Notes under the pieces: generated by a model | What the model was told of the DNA's origin: nothing | What the model saw: only the letters and a program-made list of their open reading frames with translations | Database searches by the model: none | Shown: one piece after another, positions 21,474-31,526 of the stretch | How positions within the stretch are numbered: position 1 is the first letter of the stretch | How the letters are laid out: each line of letters opens with the position of its first letter | Origin: Flavobacterium sp. | Lineage (GTDB): Bacteria; Bacteroidota; Bacteroidia; Flavobacteriales; Flavobacteriaceae | Length of the DNA stretch: 64,000 nucleotides | Assembly (NCBI GenBank): GCA_036386895.1 | Contig: DASVUR010000002.1 | Coordinates: 243 to 64,242, forward strand | Direction of reading: 5' to 3' | Position numbers and translations under genes: made by a program

Positions 21474-22447
21474 AATGGTTTTCTTTTAAGCGCCAGTTCG
21501 ATCTCATTGTCGAGCAGATCGCTGAATTCAAGCTGCGCATGTCGGGCCTGTTGGGGAAAAATGCTGGCCGGCGATAATCCAGGATTTGTGTTCATTTCGA
21601 TAAAATGAGGAACATCCTCCATAATGATAAAGTCGGTACGTGTAAAACCTGTCATTCCAAGAGCCTCGTATACTTTGGAAGCGGTTTCCTTCACACGCTG
21701 CTCAACTTCCGGCGTGAGTCGGGCAGGAGTAATCTCTTCTGATTTTCCCAGGTATTTTGCTTCATAATCGAAGAACTCGTTTTGCGGAACAATCTCAGTA
21801 ATTCCCAAAACCGTTGTATGTCCTCTAAAATTAAGTACCCCGACAGACACTTCAGTTCCATTCAAGAATGATTCTATTAAAATTTCATTGTCTTCAGCAA
21901 ATGCGAACTCAAGTGCCTGGTTAAATTCGGCAAGGTCACTCACTTTTGAAACACCGAGGCTGCTTCCCGATTGATTGGGCTTTACGAAAAACGGCAGCCC
22001 AAGTTGATTTGCGACATCTTCGGCGGATATCGGATCGCCTTTTGAAAGATAAACAGACTTTGCTTTTGGGATATTAAATTTCGATAAAACAGACAATGTA
22101 TCGCGCTTATTAAACGTGAGTGCCGACTGATAGAAACTGCATCCGGCATACGGGATTTCAAGAAGTTCCCAATATGCCTGCATGTGTCCGTCTTCGCCCG
22201 GAGTTCCATGGATTGTGTTCAGGATCACGTCGAAGGTTATTACTTCGAGTTCCGTCTGAAACGAAAAATCGGCTTTATCAATAGGATAATATTGCCCTTC
22301 AACAATAGCATTCCATCCATCGGGAAGTATGTGTACTTCAAAAGATTTATATTTTGCCTTGTCGAGGTTATTCAGGATCAACTGGCCGCTTCGCAAGGAT
22401 ATCACCGACTCATCGGAATATCCGCCCATAACAACAGCTACGTTCAT
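21461..22447 (-). CDS. ddl: D-alanine--D-alanine ligase
   Basis: GGYSDESVISLRSG, HGTPGEDG, GSSLGV, FFDYEAKY, EMNTNPG. Confidence 0.95.
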   Translation of the reverse strand: MNVAVVMGGYSDESVISLRSGQLILNNLDKAKYKSFEVHILPDGWNAIVEGQYYPIDKADFSFQTELEVITFDVILNTIHGTPGEDGHMQAYWELLEIPYAGCSFYQSALTFNKRDTLSVLSKFNIPKAKSVYLSKGDPISAEDVANQLGLPFFVKPNQSGSSLGVSKVSDLAEFNQALEFAFAEDNEILIESFLNGTEVSVGVLNFRGHTTVLGITEIVPQNEFFDYEAKYLGKSEEITPARLTPEVEQRVKETASKVYEALGMTGFTRTDFIIMEDVPHFIEMNTNPGLSPASIFPQQARHAQLEFSDLLDNEIELALKRKPLWQK

Positions 22448-22624
22448 TCAAATTGGTTTTTGTTCCAACAAAATTACATTTTTTTTCGAAGCTGCAGCCG
22501 AATCGGAATATATCGCACGAGTTTAAAGTTGGCCGCATCGGTGTCCAAATTCGCCGTAGTATTTATATCTTTGCGGCACCCGAAACCTTAACGGCCTACG
22601 GAACCAAGTTTAAATAAATTTTTT

Positions 22625-23257
22625 ATGAGCTTAAAGAATTACCTGCGCAGCCGTGTGTTTCTGTACCAGATCCTTGCCGCTGTCGCTATTATTGCAGTTC
22701 TCGCCTTTTTGATGATGCACTGGCTGACGTTTAAGACGAATCACGGCGAAGAAATTACTGTTCCCGATCTCAGTAAACTTAGTGAAGAACAGGTAGAGGA
22801 AAAGCTGGATGCAATCGATCTTGATTATGTACTGCTGGATACAGTTGATTACGAAAAAGGCTATCCGAAGTATAGTGTTGTAACGCAAGACCCGTTGCCG
22901 GGCGCAAAAGTGAAAGAAGACCGAAAAATTTACATCAAGATCAATTCGGCTGGTTATACATCAGTCCGCGTTCCCGATTTGATTGAAAAAACCTATCGTC
23001 AGGCTGTTCCAACATTAAAAGCGCTTGGATTGGTTGAAGGAAAAGTCACCTATAAACCGTACCTGGGTAAGGATATGGTGCTTGAAATGTGGATGAAAGG
23101 CAAAAAGCTGAAACCCGGCGATAAAGTCTGGAAGTCATCGGTGATCGACCTTGTTCTTGGCGACGGAAAAGTCGGATTTGAAGAAGAAGTTGATTCAACC
23201 GACACAATTGAAACGCCGATTGAAGAAATTGAAGAAGTTCCCGCAGATGGAGAATAA
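22625..23257 (+). CDS. PASTA-domain membrane protein
   Basis: One TM helix then two PASTA repeats (VPDLSKL..., VPDLIEKT...); acidic tail. Confidence 0.88.
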   Translation: MSLKNYLRSRVFLYQILAAVAIIAVLAFLMMHWLTFKTNHGEEITVPDLSKLSEEQVEEKLDAIDLDYVLLDTVDYEKGYPKYSVVTQDPLPGAKVKEDRKIYIKINSAGYTSVRVPDLIEKTYRQAVPTLKALGLVEGKVTYKPYLGKDMVLEMWMKGKKLKPGDKVWKSSVIDLVLGDGKVGFEEEVDSTDTIETPIEEIEEVPADGE

Positions 23258-24296
23258 TATTGAGACAGCCGAACTGGATGATGATCTGTTTGAACATTTT
23301 AGGTTTGAAGTCCCACGCGGACAAGCGCTATTGCGGATAGATAAATTCCTGATGGGATTGCTGCCAAATGCCACGCGGAACAAAATTCAGAATGCAGCTT
23401 CAAATGGTGATATTTATGTCAATGATGTTCCGGTAAAATCCAATTACCGCGTAAAGCCGCTTGACATCGTGCGCATACTACTTGCACATCCGCCATTCGA
23501 AAATCGGGTTGACCCCGAAAATATTCCGCTCGATATTGTTTACGAAGACGATTCGCTACTGCTGATAAACAAGCCACCCGGACTTGTAGTACATCCGGGA
23601 CACGGAAATTATACTGGCACACTTGTAAACGCGCTGGCGTACCATTTTGAAAACCTTCCCTTGAACAGCAGCGACCGGCCCGGACTTGTGCATAGGATCG
23701 ACAAGGATACTTCGGGATTATTGGTCATTGCAAAAACCGAAGCCGCGCTTTCACATCTAGCCAAGCAATTTGAATTTAAGACTTCCGAGCGCGAATATGT
23801 TGCGCTGGTTTGGGGAAATGTAAAGGAAGACGAAGGTACTATTGAAGGCAATATCGCGCGACATGTGAAAGATCGCATGTTGATGTCGGTTTTTGCTGAT
23901 CCGGAGATTGGAAAACCTGCCATTACACATTATAAAGTACTTGAACGTTTTGGCTATGTGACGCTGGTTTCTTGCAAACTTGAAACAGGAAGGACGCACC
24001 AGATCAGGGTTCACATGAAGCACATCGGCCACACGTTGTTCAACGATTCAAGATATGGCGGCGATCAGATCCTTAAAGGCACCACATTTTCGAAATACAA
24101 ACAATTTGTCGAAAACTGCTTCAAAATTTTGCCGAGACAGGCGCTTCATGCGAAGACACTCGGGTTTGTTCATCCTGTAACCGGCGAAATGATGCGTTTT
24201 GACACCGAACTTCCGCAGGACATGCAGGCAGTAATCGAAAAATGGCGTGGCTATTCCGTCTCCAACGCCGCAGCAGAAGAAGACGAAGAACCATGA
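23247..24296 (+). CDS. rluD: RluA-family 23S rRNA pseudouridine synthase
   Basis: S4 domain RIDKFL, INKPPGLVVHP, VHRIDKDTSG, GRTHQIRVH; start reset to MENNIE. Confidence 0.92.
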   Translation: MENNIETAELDDDLFEHFRFEVPRGQALLRIDKFLMGLLPNATRNKIQNAASNGDIYVNDVPVKSNYRVKPLDIVRILLAHPPFENRVDPENIPLDIVYEDDSLLLINKPPGLVVHPGHGNYTGTLVNALAYHFENLPLNSSDRPGLVHRIDKDTSGLLVIAKTEAALSHLAKQFEFKTSEREYVALVWGNVKEDEGTIEGNIARHVKDRMLMSVFADPEIGKPAITHYKVLERFGYVTLVSCKLETGRTHQIRVHMKHIGHTLFNDSRYGGDQILKGTTFSKYKQFVENCFKILPRQALHAKTLGFVHPVTGEMMRFDTELPQDMQAVIEKWRGYSVSNAAAEEDEEP

Positions 24297-25051
24297 AGAT
24301 AGTAATCTCACCCGCGAAATCACTCGATTACGAACGCCAGTTGCCGACCGGGGATTTTACTATTCCGATGTTTCTAAGCAAGTCGCGTAAAATCCATAAA
24401 GTGCTGAAACAGCAAAAACCTTCGGATTTGTCATCGCTGATGGATATCTCCGATAAACTTGCCGACCTGAACTGGCAGCGCAACAAGAAATGGAAAACGC
24501 CTTTTACCCCGCAAAACGCGCGACAGGCACTGTTTGCTTTTAATGGCGATGTTTATGTAGGGATGGATGCCTATACGATTCCGGTTGAGAAAATTGAAAT
24601 AATTCAGGAGAAGCTTCGGATACTTTCAGGCTTACACGGATTGCTGAAACCATTGGATCTGATCCAGCCCTACCGACTCGAGATGGGAACGCAACTAGCC
24701 GTGGAAGACAGCAGGAATTTATATGACTTCTGGCGCGATACCGTTACGAAAGCGCTGAATAAAGAACTGAAAAAAGGCGAGCTGTTTGTAAATCTTGCGA
24801 GCAAAGAATACTTTGACGTCATCGATACGAAGAAGCTGAAAGTTCCCGTGATCACTCCTGAATTTAAGGATTATAAAGACGGTGACTTACGAATCGTGAG
24901 TTTTTATGCAAAGAAAGCACGCGGAATGATGGTGCGTTACATTATCGAATCGGGAGCAGAAACAGTTGATGATCTAAAAGGATTTAATTACGAAGGCTAT
25001 TTCTTTGATGCAAACTTATCAAACGACAAGCATCTGATCTTTACCAGGTAA
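24293..25051 (+). CDS. yaaA: Peroxide stress protein YaaA (DUF328)
   Basis: ISPAKSLD, LKPLDLIQPYRLEMG, NLASKEY, AKKARG; ATGA overlap with rluD. Confidence 0.92.
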   Translation: MKIVISPAKSLDYERQLPTGDFTIPMFLSKSRKIHKVLKQQKPSDLSSLMDISDKLADLNWQRNKKWKTPFTPQNARQALFAFNGDVYVGMDAYTIPVEKIEIIQEKLRILSGLHGLLKPLDLIQPYRLEMGTQLAVEDSRNLYDFWRDTVTKALNKELKKGELFVNLASKEYFDVIDTKKLKVPVITPEFKDYKDGDLRIVSFYAKKARGMMVRYIIESGAETVDDLKGFNYEGYFFDANLSNDKHLIFTR

Positions 25052-25396
25052 TTAATACTCATACTCTTCGTAGTATCGAAGACTTTCAGATGTAAGTTTC
25101 CGTTGGTTCCGCGAGAGTTCATGCATTGCCTCGACACCTTTCCTGGCGCTTTGGTTCAGTCTCAAAAGGCGGGCTGAAAATGCCTCTAATTTCGCCACAT
25201 CCGCCGAATCAAGTTTGTGCTTCAAATCCTTTACCATTTCGGAAAACTCAGGTACGGCCAAACTGCTTTCATCGTAATCCGACTTCAGGTCTTCAAACGA
25301 TTCGTTAATTTCACGGCTTAAGTCGTTCGAGTAATACTCGCTGATCTTTTTAAGCTCGCGGATAACCTTTTTAATATTCCTTCCGAAAAGTCCCAT
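25052..25396 (-). CDS. Hypothetical alpha-helical protein
   Basis: 114 aa ORF filling the gap, amphipathic helices, no recognised motif. Confidence 0.6.
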   Translation of the reverse strand: MGLFGRNIKKVIRELKKISEYYSNDLSREINESFEDLKSDYDESSLAVPEFSEMVKDLKHKLDSADVAKLEAFSARLLRLNQSARKGVEAMHELSRNQRKLTSESLRYYEEYEY

Positions 25397-25490
25397 AGTG
25401 ATAGCGATAGGTTACGTAACTGCTTTGAATTCAGTCAAATGTAATAAAAGAATACAGAAGTATACGGTTCGCACCATTATTTTAAAGTTA

Positions 25491-27083
25491 TCAATGCATC
25501 GCATCAGCCGGATTAATCTTGTTCTTTCCGCGCCGCACAAACAGCATGATCGGGATACAACACAAAAACAGGATGCCAAGGTAAAGAAAAATATCCATGT
25601 ACGACATCACGGTGCTTTGGGTGCCAACAGAGTAATCAATCAACTGATGTGCCTTAGCTAAAGCTTCGTTAGGCGAATAGCCTTTTGCCATAAACCCGGC
25701 TTGCATTTGCTGAATCCGCTGCTGGACTTCAAGGCGCGTAACATCAAGATGAGAAATCATGTTCACACGGTGTTCCTGACTGAACCGCGTAATGAAGGTT
25801 GTAATAATCGCGATACCGAACGAGCCGCCTAACTGTCGCATCATGCCTGTAAAAGCAGCGCCCTCGCCAATATGTTTCCCTTTCAAAGTGGATAGCGACA
25901 ATGTTGTAATCGGCACAAACAACAACCCCAACCCGACACCACGCAGGATCAGCGGCCAAAACATGTGCTCAACTCCGGTGTCCGGTGTCATAATGTTGTG
26001 CATCCAGAACGTAAAGATGAAGAAAATCAGAAATCCGGCGCTAACCATGTATGCCTGCGGTACTCCTTTTTGGATCATTGTGCCTACAAAAGGCATCATG
26101 CACGCGGTTGTTATCGAACCGGGAATTAACAACATTCCGGCGTCGGTTGCGGTCCAGCCTAAGATCGATTGGGTATAGATCGGGATGATTAGCGTTGAAC
26201 CGTAAAGTCCGAAGCCGAGAATAAAGCACATGACCGTTCCGATTCGAAGGTTTGCATCTTTTAGAACGCTGAGGTTTACAATTGGGTGTTTGTACGTAAG
26301 TTCCCGCCAGATGAATGCCAGCAACCCAAATACAGTTACGATACTCAATATGACAATTATTTTATCATTGAACCAATCATCCTGCTGGCCGTGTTCGAGA
26401 ACAAATTGCAGCGATCCGATCCACGAGGCAAGGAAGAGTATTCCCCACCAGTCGACTTGGTTTGCTTTTAGCTTCTCGCCGTATTTCGGACTTTTTACGA
26501 ACGTGATCGCCAAAAATGTAGCAATAATTCCAAGCGGAATGTTGATATAAAAGATGTAAGGCCACGAAAAATTGTCGACAAGGTAACCTCCAAGTGGCGG
26601 GCCTAATGTGGGTCCCACAATGACGCCCATTCCGTAAATTGCCTGTGCCATTCCGCGTTTTGCAATCGGATAACTTTCGGTAATGATAGTTTGTGCCGTT
26701 ACCAGCAGCGCGCCGCCGCCCAATCCCTGGACGAACCTAAAAGCGACAAGCTCCCAAATATTTGTAGCGTTTCCGCAGAGGAACGATGAAACGGTGAATA
26801 TTACAATAGATGTCGCGAAGTAATTTCGTCGCCCGAACTGCTGCGAAAGCCAGCTTGTCATCGGAATAACAATTACGTTTGCAATAGCGTATGCGGTAAT
26901 TACCCACGCAACATCGGTTAACGTTGCACCAAGGCTTCCGCGAATGTCGTTCAGCGCAACGTTTACAATAGTGGTATCGACGATTTCAAGCAGCGCGCAA
27001 AGTACGGCTGTTATGGTGACGATGACGCGACGGAAGCCGTACTCGACCAAGTCGTCATCTCCTGCAATAGCAACTCCTGCCAT
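25491..27083 (-). CDS. DHA2 (EmrB/QacA) 14-TM MFS efflux permease
   Basis: LEIVDTTIVNVAL, FRFVQGLGGG, GPTLGPPLGG. Confidence 0.92.
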   Translation of the reverse strand: MAGVAIAGDDDLVEYGFRRVIVTITAVLCALLEIVDTTIVNVALNDIRGSLGATLTDVAWVITAYAIANVIVIPMTSWLSQQFGRRNYFATSIVIFTVSSFLCGNATNIWELVAFRFVQGLGGGALLVTAQTIITESYPIAKRGMAQAIYGMGVIVGPTLGPPLGGYLVDNFSWPYIFYINIPLGIIATFLAITFVKSPKYGEKLKANQVDWWGILFLASWIGSLQFVLEHGQQDDWFNDKIIVILSIVTVFGLLAFIWRELTYKHPIVNLSVLKDANLRIGTVMCFILGFGLYGSTLIIPIYTQSILGWTATDAGMLLIPGSITTACMMPFVGTMIQKGVPQAYMVSAGFLIFFIFTFWMHNIMTPDTGVEHMFWPLILRGVGLGLLFVPITTLSLSTLKGKHIGEGAAFTGMMRQLGGSFGIAIITTFITRFSQEHRVNMISHLDVTRLEVQQRIQQMQAGFMAKGYSPNEALAKAHQLIDYSVGTQSTVMSYMDIFLYLGILFLCCIPIMLFVRRGKNKINPADAMH

Positions 27084-27123
27084 GGTAGATTATTTTGAAA
27101 AGCCGAATTAACGGCGTGGGTCC

Positions 27124-28209
27124 TTAGTTTAAATGCACATCAACTTCCACGTTCATTCCCGGGCGAAGCAGTCTCAGTTTTTCCTTTTCGTTGTTCTTGC
27201 TGAGGCTGATTTTCACCGGAAGGCGCTGGATCGTTTTCACGAAATTTCCGGTCGCGTTATCCGGCGGAAGCAACGAAAACCGTGATCCGGTTGCCGGAGA
27301 AAACGAGGTGATTTCGCCCTCGAATTCGGTGTCAGGGAAAGCGTCGACCTTAAGTGTTGCCTTCTGACCCATTGTCATTTTATTCAACTGCGTTTCTTTG
27401 AAGTTGGCGATAACCCAGACTTCGTCATCGTTGATGATGTAGAACAATGATTGTCCCGGCTGCACCAATTGTCCCGGCTGGATGCCAATTTTTGACACTT
27501 GCCCGTTAACCGAAGCCGTTACAACGGTGTAGCTGAGATTTAACAACGCTGCATCAAGCGCCGCACGTGCTCGTTCAATATTTGCGGCGGCAACGTCGGC
27601 TTGTTTTCCGGTAAAATTCGATCTTGACGCGGCAACCGACTTTTGGTAAGCACTTGCTTTTTGTTGTTGCTGAAGTACACGAAGCTGGGATTCGGCTTCA
27701 AGTTTAGCGGCCTCCGCCTGCTCAAATTGCTGCTTGGTGATCGAGTGGTTTTTATATAGATTACTATAGCGCTCAAAATCGTTTGTGGCGCGTGTGAGTC
27801 GGACTCGTGCTGTTTCAATGTTTCCGCCGGCAGCCTGAATATTTGATTCGGACACAGAAACGTTCGCTATTGCGCTTCCAATATCTGCCTTTGAGGCCGC
27901 GTAAGTTCCTTGGGCAGCAGCCAAAGCCGCACGTGCATCAGCAACTTTAACAACATAATCCTTGTTGTCGATGGTAAAGAGCGTGTCGCCAACTTTCACA
28001 AAGTCATTGTCTTTTACATAAACTTTTGTGATGTAGCCCGTTACGCGCGGGATAATGGGGTTCATGTTTTTCTCAACCTGCGCATCATCTGTACCTTCAT
28101 GGGAAAGTGAGTGAACGTATTTGTAGATGCCGTACGTGGCGCCAAGAATAATTAGGACGGCGAAAATCAGTATAAATTTTTTGTTCGTTTTTGCTTTTTT
28201 CTTTTCCAT
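27124..28209 (-). CDS. HlyD/EmrA membrane fusion protein
   Basis: TDDAQV, ANFKETQL, FSLLPPDNATGNFVKTIQRLPVKI. Confidence 0.93.
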   Translation of the reverse strand: MEKKKAKTNKKFILIFAVLIILGATYGIYKYVHSLSHEGTDDAQVEKNMNPIIPRVTGYITKVYVKDNDFVKVGDTLFTIDNKDYVVKVADARAALAAAQGTYAASKADIGSAIANVSVSESNIQAAGGNIETARVRLTRATNDFERYSNLYKNHSITKQQFEQAEAAKLEAESQLRVLQQQQKASAYQKSVAASRSNFTGKQADVAAANIERARAALDAALLNLSYTVVTASVNGQVSKIGIQPGQLVQPGQSLFYIINDDEVWVIANFKETQLNKMTMGQKATLKVDAFPDTEFEGEITSFSPATGSRFSLLPPDNATGNFVKTIQRLPVKISLSKNNEKEKLRLLRPGMNVEVDVHLN

Positions 28210-28213
28210 GATT

Positions 28214-29554
28214 TTATTTCTGCGTTAGATTGAATGATTCCGTTAACTGACCTGCGGCTTCTAGCAGTTCGTAATATTTTAGTACACGGTTTGCATCAGC
28301 GTAAGCCTGGTTGATTCGTGCCGAAAGATCTTCAACATCAGCCTCAAGCAGGTCGTTTGTGTTGGCTAAGCCGTTTTCATATTTATCTTTTACGATGCGA
28401 TAGTTTTCGTCTGCTTGCGTGACCGCTTCGTTGTAAACTGTGCTTTGTTTTACCGACAAATCGTAGTCTTCGCGGGCACGGACAATCCAAGCCCGGATGT
28501 TATCTGCGAGGATTGCCTGCTGTTGTTCCAGTTCAAGTGCACGGCTTTTTGCGGCATCGACATCCTTTTTGTTTTTGAAGATTGAACTTAAGTTATAGGA
28601 AACCCCAACACCAAGGTTCATCGCGTTTTGTACCGTTACAACATTTTGAAGATCAAGTGCCGTGTAACCGCCAACGATTGCAAGCGAAGGAAAATACCCT
28701 GATTTGGCCACTTTAATGTTGGCGTCGGCTGCCGCCTTGCTGTATTGCAGGGATTCAAAATCTTTTCGGTTACCTATCGCGTCTGCTTCCGATCGGGCGA
28801 CAGTGGAGAACAAGTCTTTGCTGATCGACTCAGGTGTGACTAGAATTTGCGTATCAGGCGACAGTTTTAATAATGTTATTAGATAATAATTTACGAGCCG
28901 GACGTTCTTTTCGGCTTCATCGAGCGACAATTGCACATTCGACAACTGAAGCTGCGCACGTAAAAGGTCATTACGCGGAATCAGTCCGTTCTTTTCCATT
29001 GCTATAAAATCGGTGACCCGCTGCTGGCTGCTTTTGAGGCTTTCGCGGAAGAGTTCGACCGATTTCTGGGCTTTGTATAAATCGGCATAATAATGTACGA
29101 CACGCAGTGCGATCTGTTCTTTGGTAAAGCCGGCGTTGGACAACTCAGCTTTGTATAAATTTTCTGATGCGATGATGCTGTTCTTCAATTTAAAGCCCGA
29201 GAATATAGGCATGTTCACATTCGCCTGTCCGAGCATCAGCCGGTTTACTTTTGGCGATGGCGCAGGTTCGGCTTCAGGATCCGTCGCCGCTTCCTGGGTC
29301 GATTTCAGGTTAACATCGGCATTCGCCAGCCGAAGGTATTGTCCGGAAACCTTTACATCGGGATAGCGGTTGTTTTTGAGCGTTTCGAGTTCGTGGTTTC
29401 TGGTAACGGCGCGCGTGTTTGCCAAATTGACTTCATCGCTCTGCAACAGCGCTATTGAAACAGCTTCCTGAAGTGTAAGTGGATTTGTTTGTTGGGCCTG
29501 CGACTGAAAAATGTACAGGAATGGCAGTAAAAGCAAAAGTTTACTTGCTCTCAT
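28214..29554 (-). CDS. TolC-family outer membrane efflux protein
   Basis: Signal peptide and OEP repeats; in operon with HlyD/MFS. Confidence 0.9.
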   Translation of the reverse strand: MRASKLLLLLPFLYIFQSQAQQTNPLTLQEAVSIALLQSDEVNLANTRAVTRNHELETLKNNRYPDVKVSGQYLRLANADVNLKSTQEAATDPEAEPAPSPKVNRLMLGQANVNMPIFSGFKLKNSIIASENLYKAELSNAGFTKEQIALRVVHYYADLYKAQKSVELFRESLKSSQQRVTDFIAMEKNGLIPRNDLLRAQLQLSNVQLSLDEAEKNVRLVNYYLITLLKLSPDTQILVTPESISKDLFSTVARSEADAIGNRKDFESLQYSKAAADANIKVAKSGYFPSLAIVGGYTALDLQNVVTVQNAMNLGVGVSYNLSSIFKNKKDVDAAKSRALELEQQQAILADNIRAWIVRAREDYDLSVKQSTVYNEAVTQADENYRIVKDKYENGLANTNDLLEADVEDLSARINQAYADANRVLKYYELLEAAGQLTESFNLTQK

Positions 29555-30164
29555 AGGTTAGAAGGGCTTTTATAGTTAGTTGAATATGGAGTGTAAGTTC
29601 ATTTGCTATGTAGGCGTCGAACGCATCCTCATTTTTAAGGTCCAGCAATTGCATATAGAAAGGCTTGTTCGTCTGGAAGTTGAAAAACGTTCCCAGGATC
29701 GTGGGCGATAGTAGCGCGATATTCACATCAGTGCGAAATAGGCCCTGCTTTTGGCCTTCGCCGATGATTTGCTCCACAAGCTTCAGGTTGTTGCGCTTAA
29801 CTTCAACAAATGCCTCAAGGTTAAGCGTACGTTTTCTAAGCGAGAGTTCGGTGTGCACAATCTGGTAGATGCACTTGTTTTTGTTGAGTCGGCGAATGTA
29901 GAGTTCCACCAGCTTGTTGATCTTTTCAAGCGGCTGAAGGTCCTCACTGATCAGGCTCTCGAGCTGCATTTTCAGATCCGACGTACGATAAAGGATTAAG
30001 GACTCAAGCATTTTTTCCTTCGATCCGAAGTAGTACGATACCATCGCGATGTTGATCCCGGCTTCTTTTGCAATATCACGTATCGAAGTACCGTCGAATC
30101 CTTTATCGGCAAACAAACGTTCGGCAACCTGTAGAATCTGAATCTGTTTATCGTTAAAATTCAT
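29541..30164 (-). CDS. TetR/AcrR-family regulator
   Basis: LFADKGFDGTSIRDIAKEAGINIAMVSYYFGSKE HTH. Confidence 0.93.
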   Translation of the reverse strand: MNFNDKQIQILQVAERLFADKGFDGTSIRDIAKEAGINIAMVSYYFGSKEKMLESLILYRTSDLKMQLESLISEDLQPLEKINKLVELYIRRLNKNKCIYQIVHTELSLRKRTLNLEAFVEVKRNNLKLVEQIIGEGQKQGLFRTDVNIALLSPTILGTFFNFQTNKPFYMQLLDLKNEDAFDAYIANELTLHIQLTIKALLTYESK

Positions 30165-30186
30165 TGCATTAAATTTCGGTGCAAAA

Positions 30187-30219
30187 TTAAACAGTTGTTT
30201 AAATTAAACATCTGTTTAA
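30187..30219. promoter_or_regulatory. Tandem palindromic operators (putative TetR sites)
   Basis: TTAAACA-gt-TGTTTAA (30187-30202) and TTAAACA-tc-TGTTTAA (30204-30219), overlapping the minus-strand TAATTTTG box. Confidence 0.75.
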
Positions 30220-30253
30220 TGCGAGATTAACATTTCCTTAACCTATGACGTTT

Positions 30254-30823
30254 TTAATGGAGTAGCCAGTTCGCTAAAACGGTTTTCCCGTGTGGCGTCA
30301 ACACGCTTTCGGGATGAAACTGTACGCCGCGCACATCGAAAGTTTTGTGTCGGAGCGACATAATTTCCGTGTTGGCGTCGGTTGAAGTTACCTGAAGCGC
30401 CTCGGGAAAGTTATCCTTGCAAACACTCCAGGAATGATAGCGACCGACGCTTATCTGAGATGGCAATCCGAAAAACAAAGGTTCGTCATCAACAGTTATG
30501 TTAATTGAAGATGCAACGCCGTGGTAGACTTGCTGCAAATTGATAAGGGTTGCACCAAAGACTTCGGCAATTGCCTGTTGCCCCAGACAAATACCGAGAA
30601 TGCTTTTTGTGGCCGCGTACGTCTTTATAACCTGTTTTAGAAGTCCGGCTTCATCGGGAATTCCGGGACCGGGCGACAATAGGATTTTGTCGAATGTGTC
30701 AATTTCACCGATTTCGAAGTTGTCGTTTCGCATCACAGTTACGTCGGCTCCGAGTGCTTCGAGGTAATGCACGAGGTTGTACGTAAAGCTATCGTAATTG
30801 TCAATGACGACTGTTTTTTTCAT
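30254..30823 (-). CDS. Class I glutamine amidotransferase (anthranilate/aminodeoxychorismate synthase component II, TrpG/PabA-like)
   Basis: IDNYDSFTYNL, SPGPG, GICLG, QFHPES; no TrpE/PabB partner in window. Confidence 0.9.
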   Translation of the reverse strand: MKKTVVIDNYDSFTYNLVHYLEALGADVTVMRNDNFEIGEIDTFDKILLSPGPGIPDEAGLLKQVIKTYAATKSILGICLGQQAIAEVFGATLINLQQVYHGVASSINITVDDEPLFFGLPSQISVGRYHSWSVCKDNFPEALQVTSTDANTEIMSLRHKTFDVRGVQFHPESVLTPHGKTVLANWLLH

Positions 30824-30884
30824 CGGCTCAAAGTTACAGAAGTTGGAAGCAATTACTCAATTTTGTATATTCATAAATAAAAGT

Positions 30885-31421
30885 ATGGATCAAACTTATA
30901 TTCATCTTGTAATTACGCACCTGCCCATTTTTGGAAGCATGCTTGGCGGGCTCGTTCTTGCGTATGGCATCTGGTTCAAGAGCCGCAGCACGAAAATAGC
31001 CGCCTATAATGTTTTGATTGTGTCGGCTGTAGGCGGATTGGTCGCTTATTTTACTGGTGAATCAGCTGAAGAAACAGCTGAACATCTCGAAGGTGTTTCG
31101 GAAGCTGCCATTCATGCTCATGAGGAATTTGCGGAATTGACCGTCTTTGCAATAGGAATTTTAGGCGCATTGGCGTTAGCCGGTTTGTTGCGGGCGTGGC
31201 GCAATGGCGCAAGCGGGAATGGGTTTGGTTATTTGGTGCTTTCAGCGTCTCTGGTATGTTTCGCAATGACATCGTATACAGGCTATTTAGGCGGTTTTAT
31301 TCGGCATACAGAAGTCCACGGCGGAACGGCTGCCGCGAATGATGGAGATGAAGAATCTGAAGACGAAAAGGAGAATGACAACGAAAAGCGCGGAAGGAAT
31401 AGGCGAGGGAAACACAATTAA
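30885..31421 (+). CDS. DUF2231-like 4-TM membrane protein with conserved histidines
   Basis: HLVITHLP, HAHEE, TGYLGGFIRH; charged C-tail; start reset to MDQTYI. Confidence 0.6.
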   Translation: MDQTYIHLVITHLPIFGSMLGGLVLAYGIWFKSRSTKIAAYNVLIVSAVGGLVAYFTGESAEETAEHLEGVSEAAIHAHEEFAELTVFAIGILGALALAGLLRAWRNGASGNGFGYLVLSASLVCFAMTSYTGYLGGFIRHTEVHGGTAAANDGDEESEDEKENDNEKRGRNRRGKHN

Positions 31422-31480
31422 TAATTAACAATTGGTACTAACGAGCGCTGCCAGACTTGCCAGTTCAAACTTCATATAAA

Positions 31481-31507
31481 ACAAAAACCCCGGCCTTACC
31501 GAGGTTT
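31481..31507 (-). terminator. Intrinsic terminator after the YceI gene
   Basis: Minus strand AAACCTCGG-taagg-CCGGGGTTT-TTGTTT. Confidence 0.75.
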
Positions 31508-31526
31508 CATATAGGAGTGGATATTC

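Noticed and set aside
21461-22447. ddl as a possible Van-type D-Ala-D-Lac ligase
   Set aside because: It keeps the omega-loop Tyr (FFDYEAKY) typical of D-Ala-D-Ala ligases and sits in core context with coaD.
30254-30823. Orphan TrpG/PabA-like gene as a possible pathway remnant
   Set aside because: The ORF is intact with a full catalytic triad; split pabA/pabB arrangements are common.
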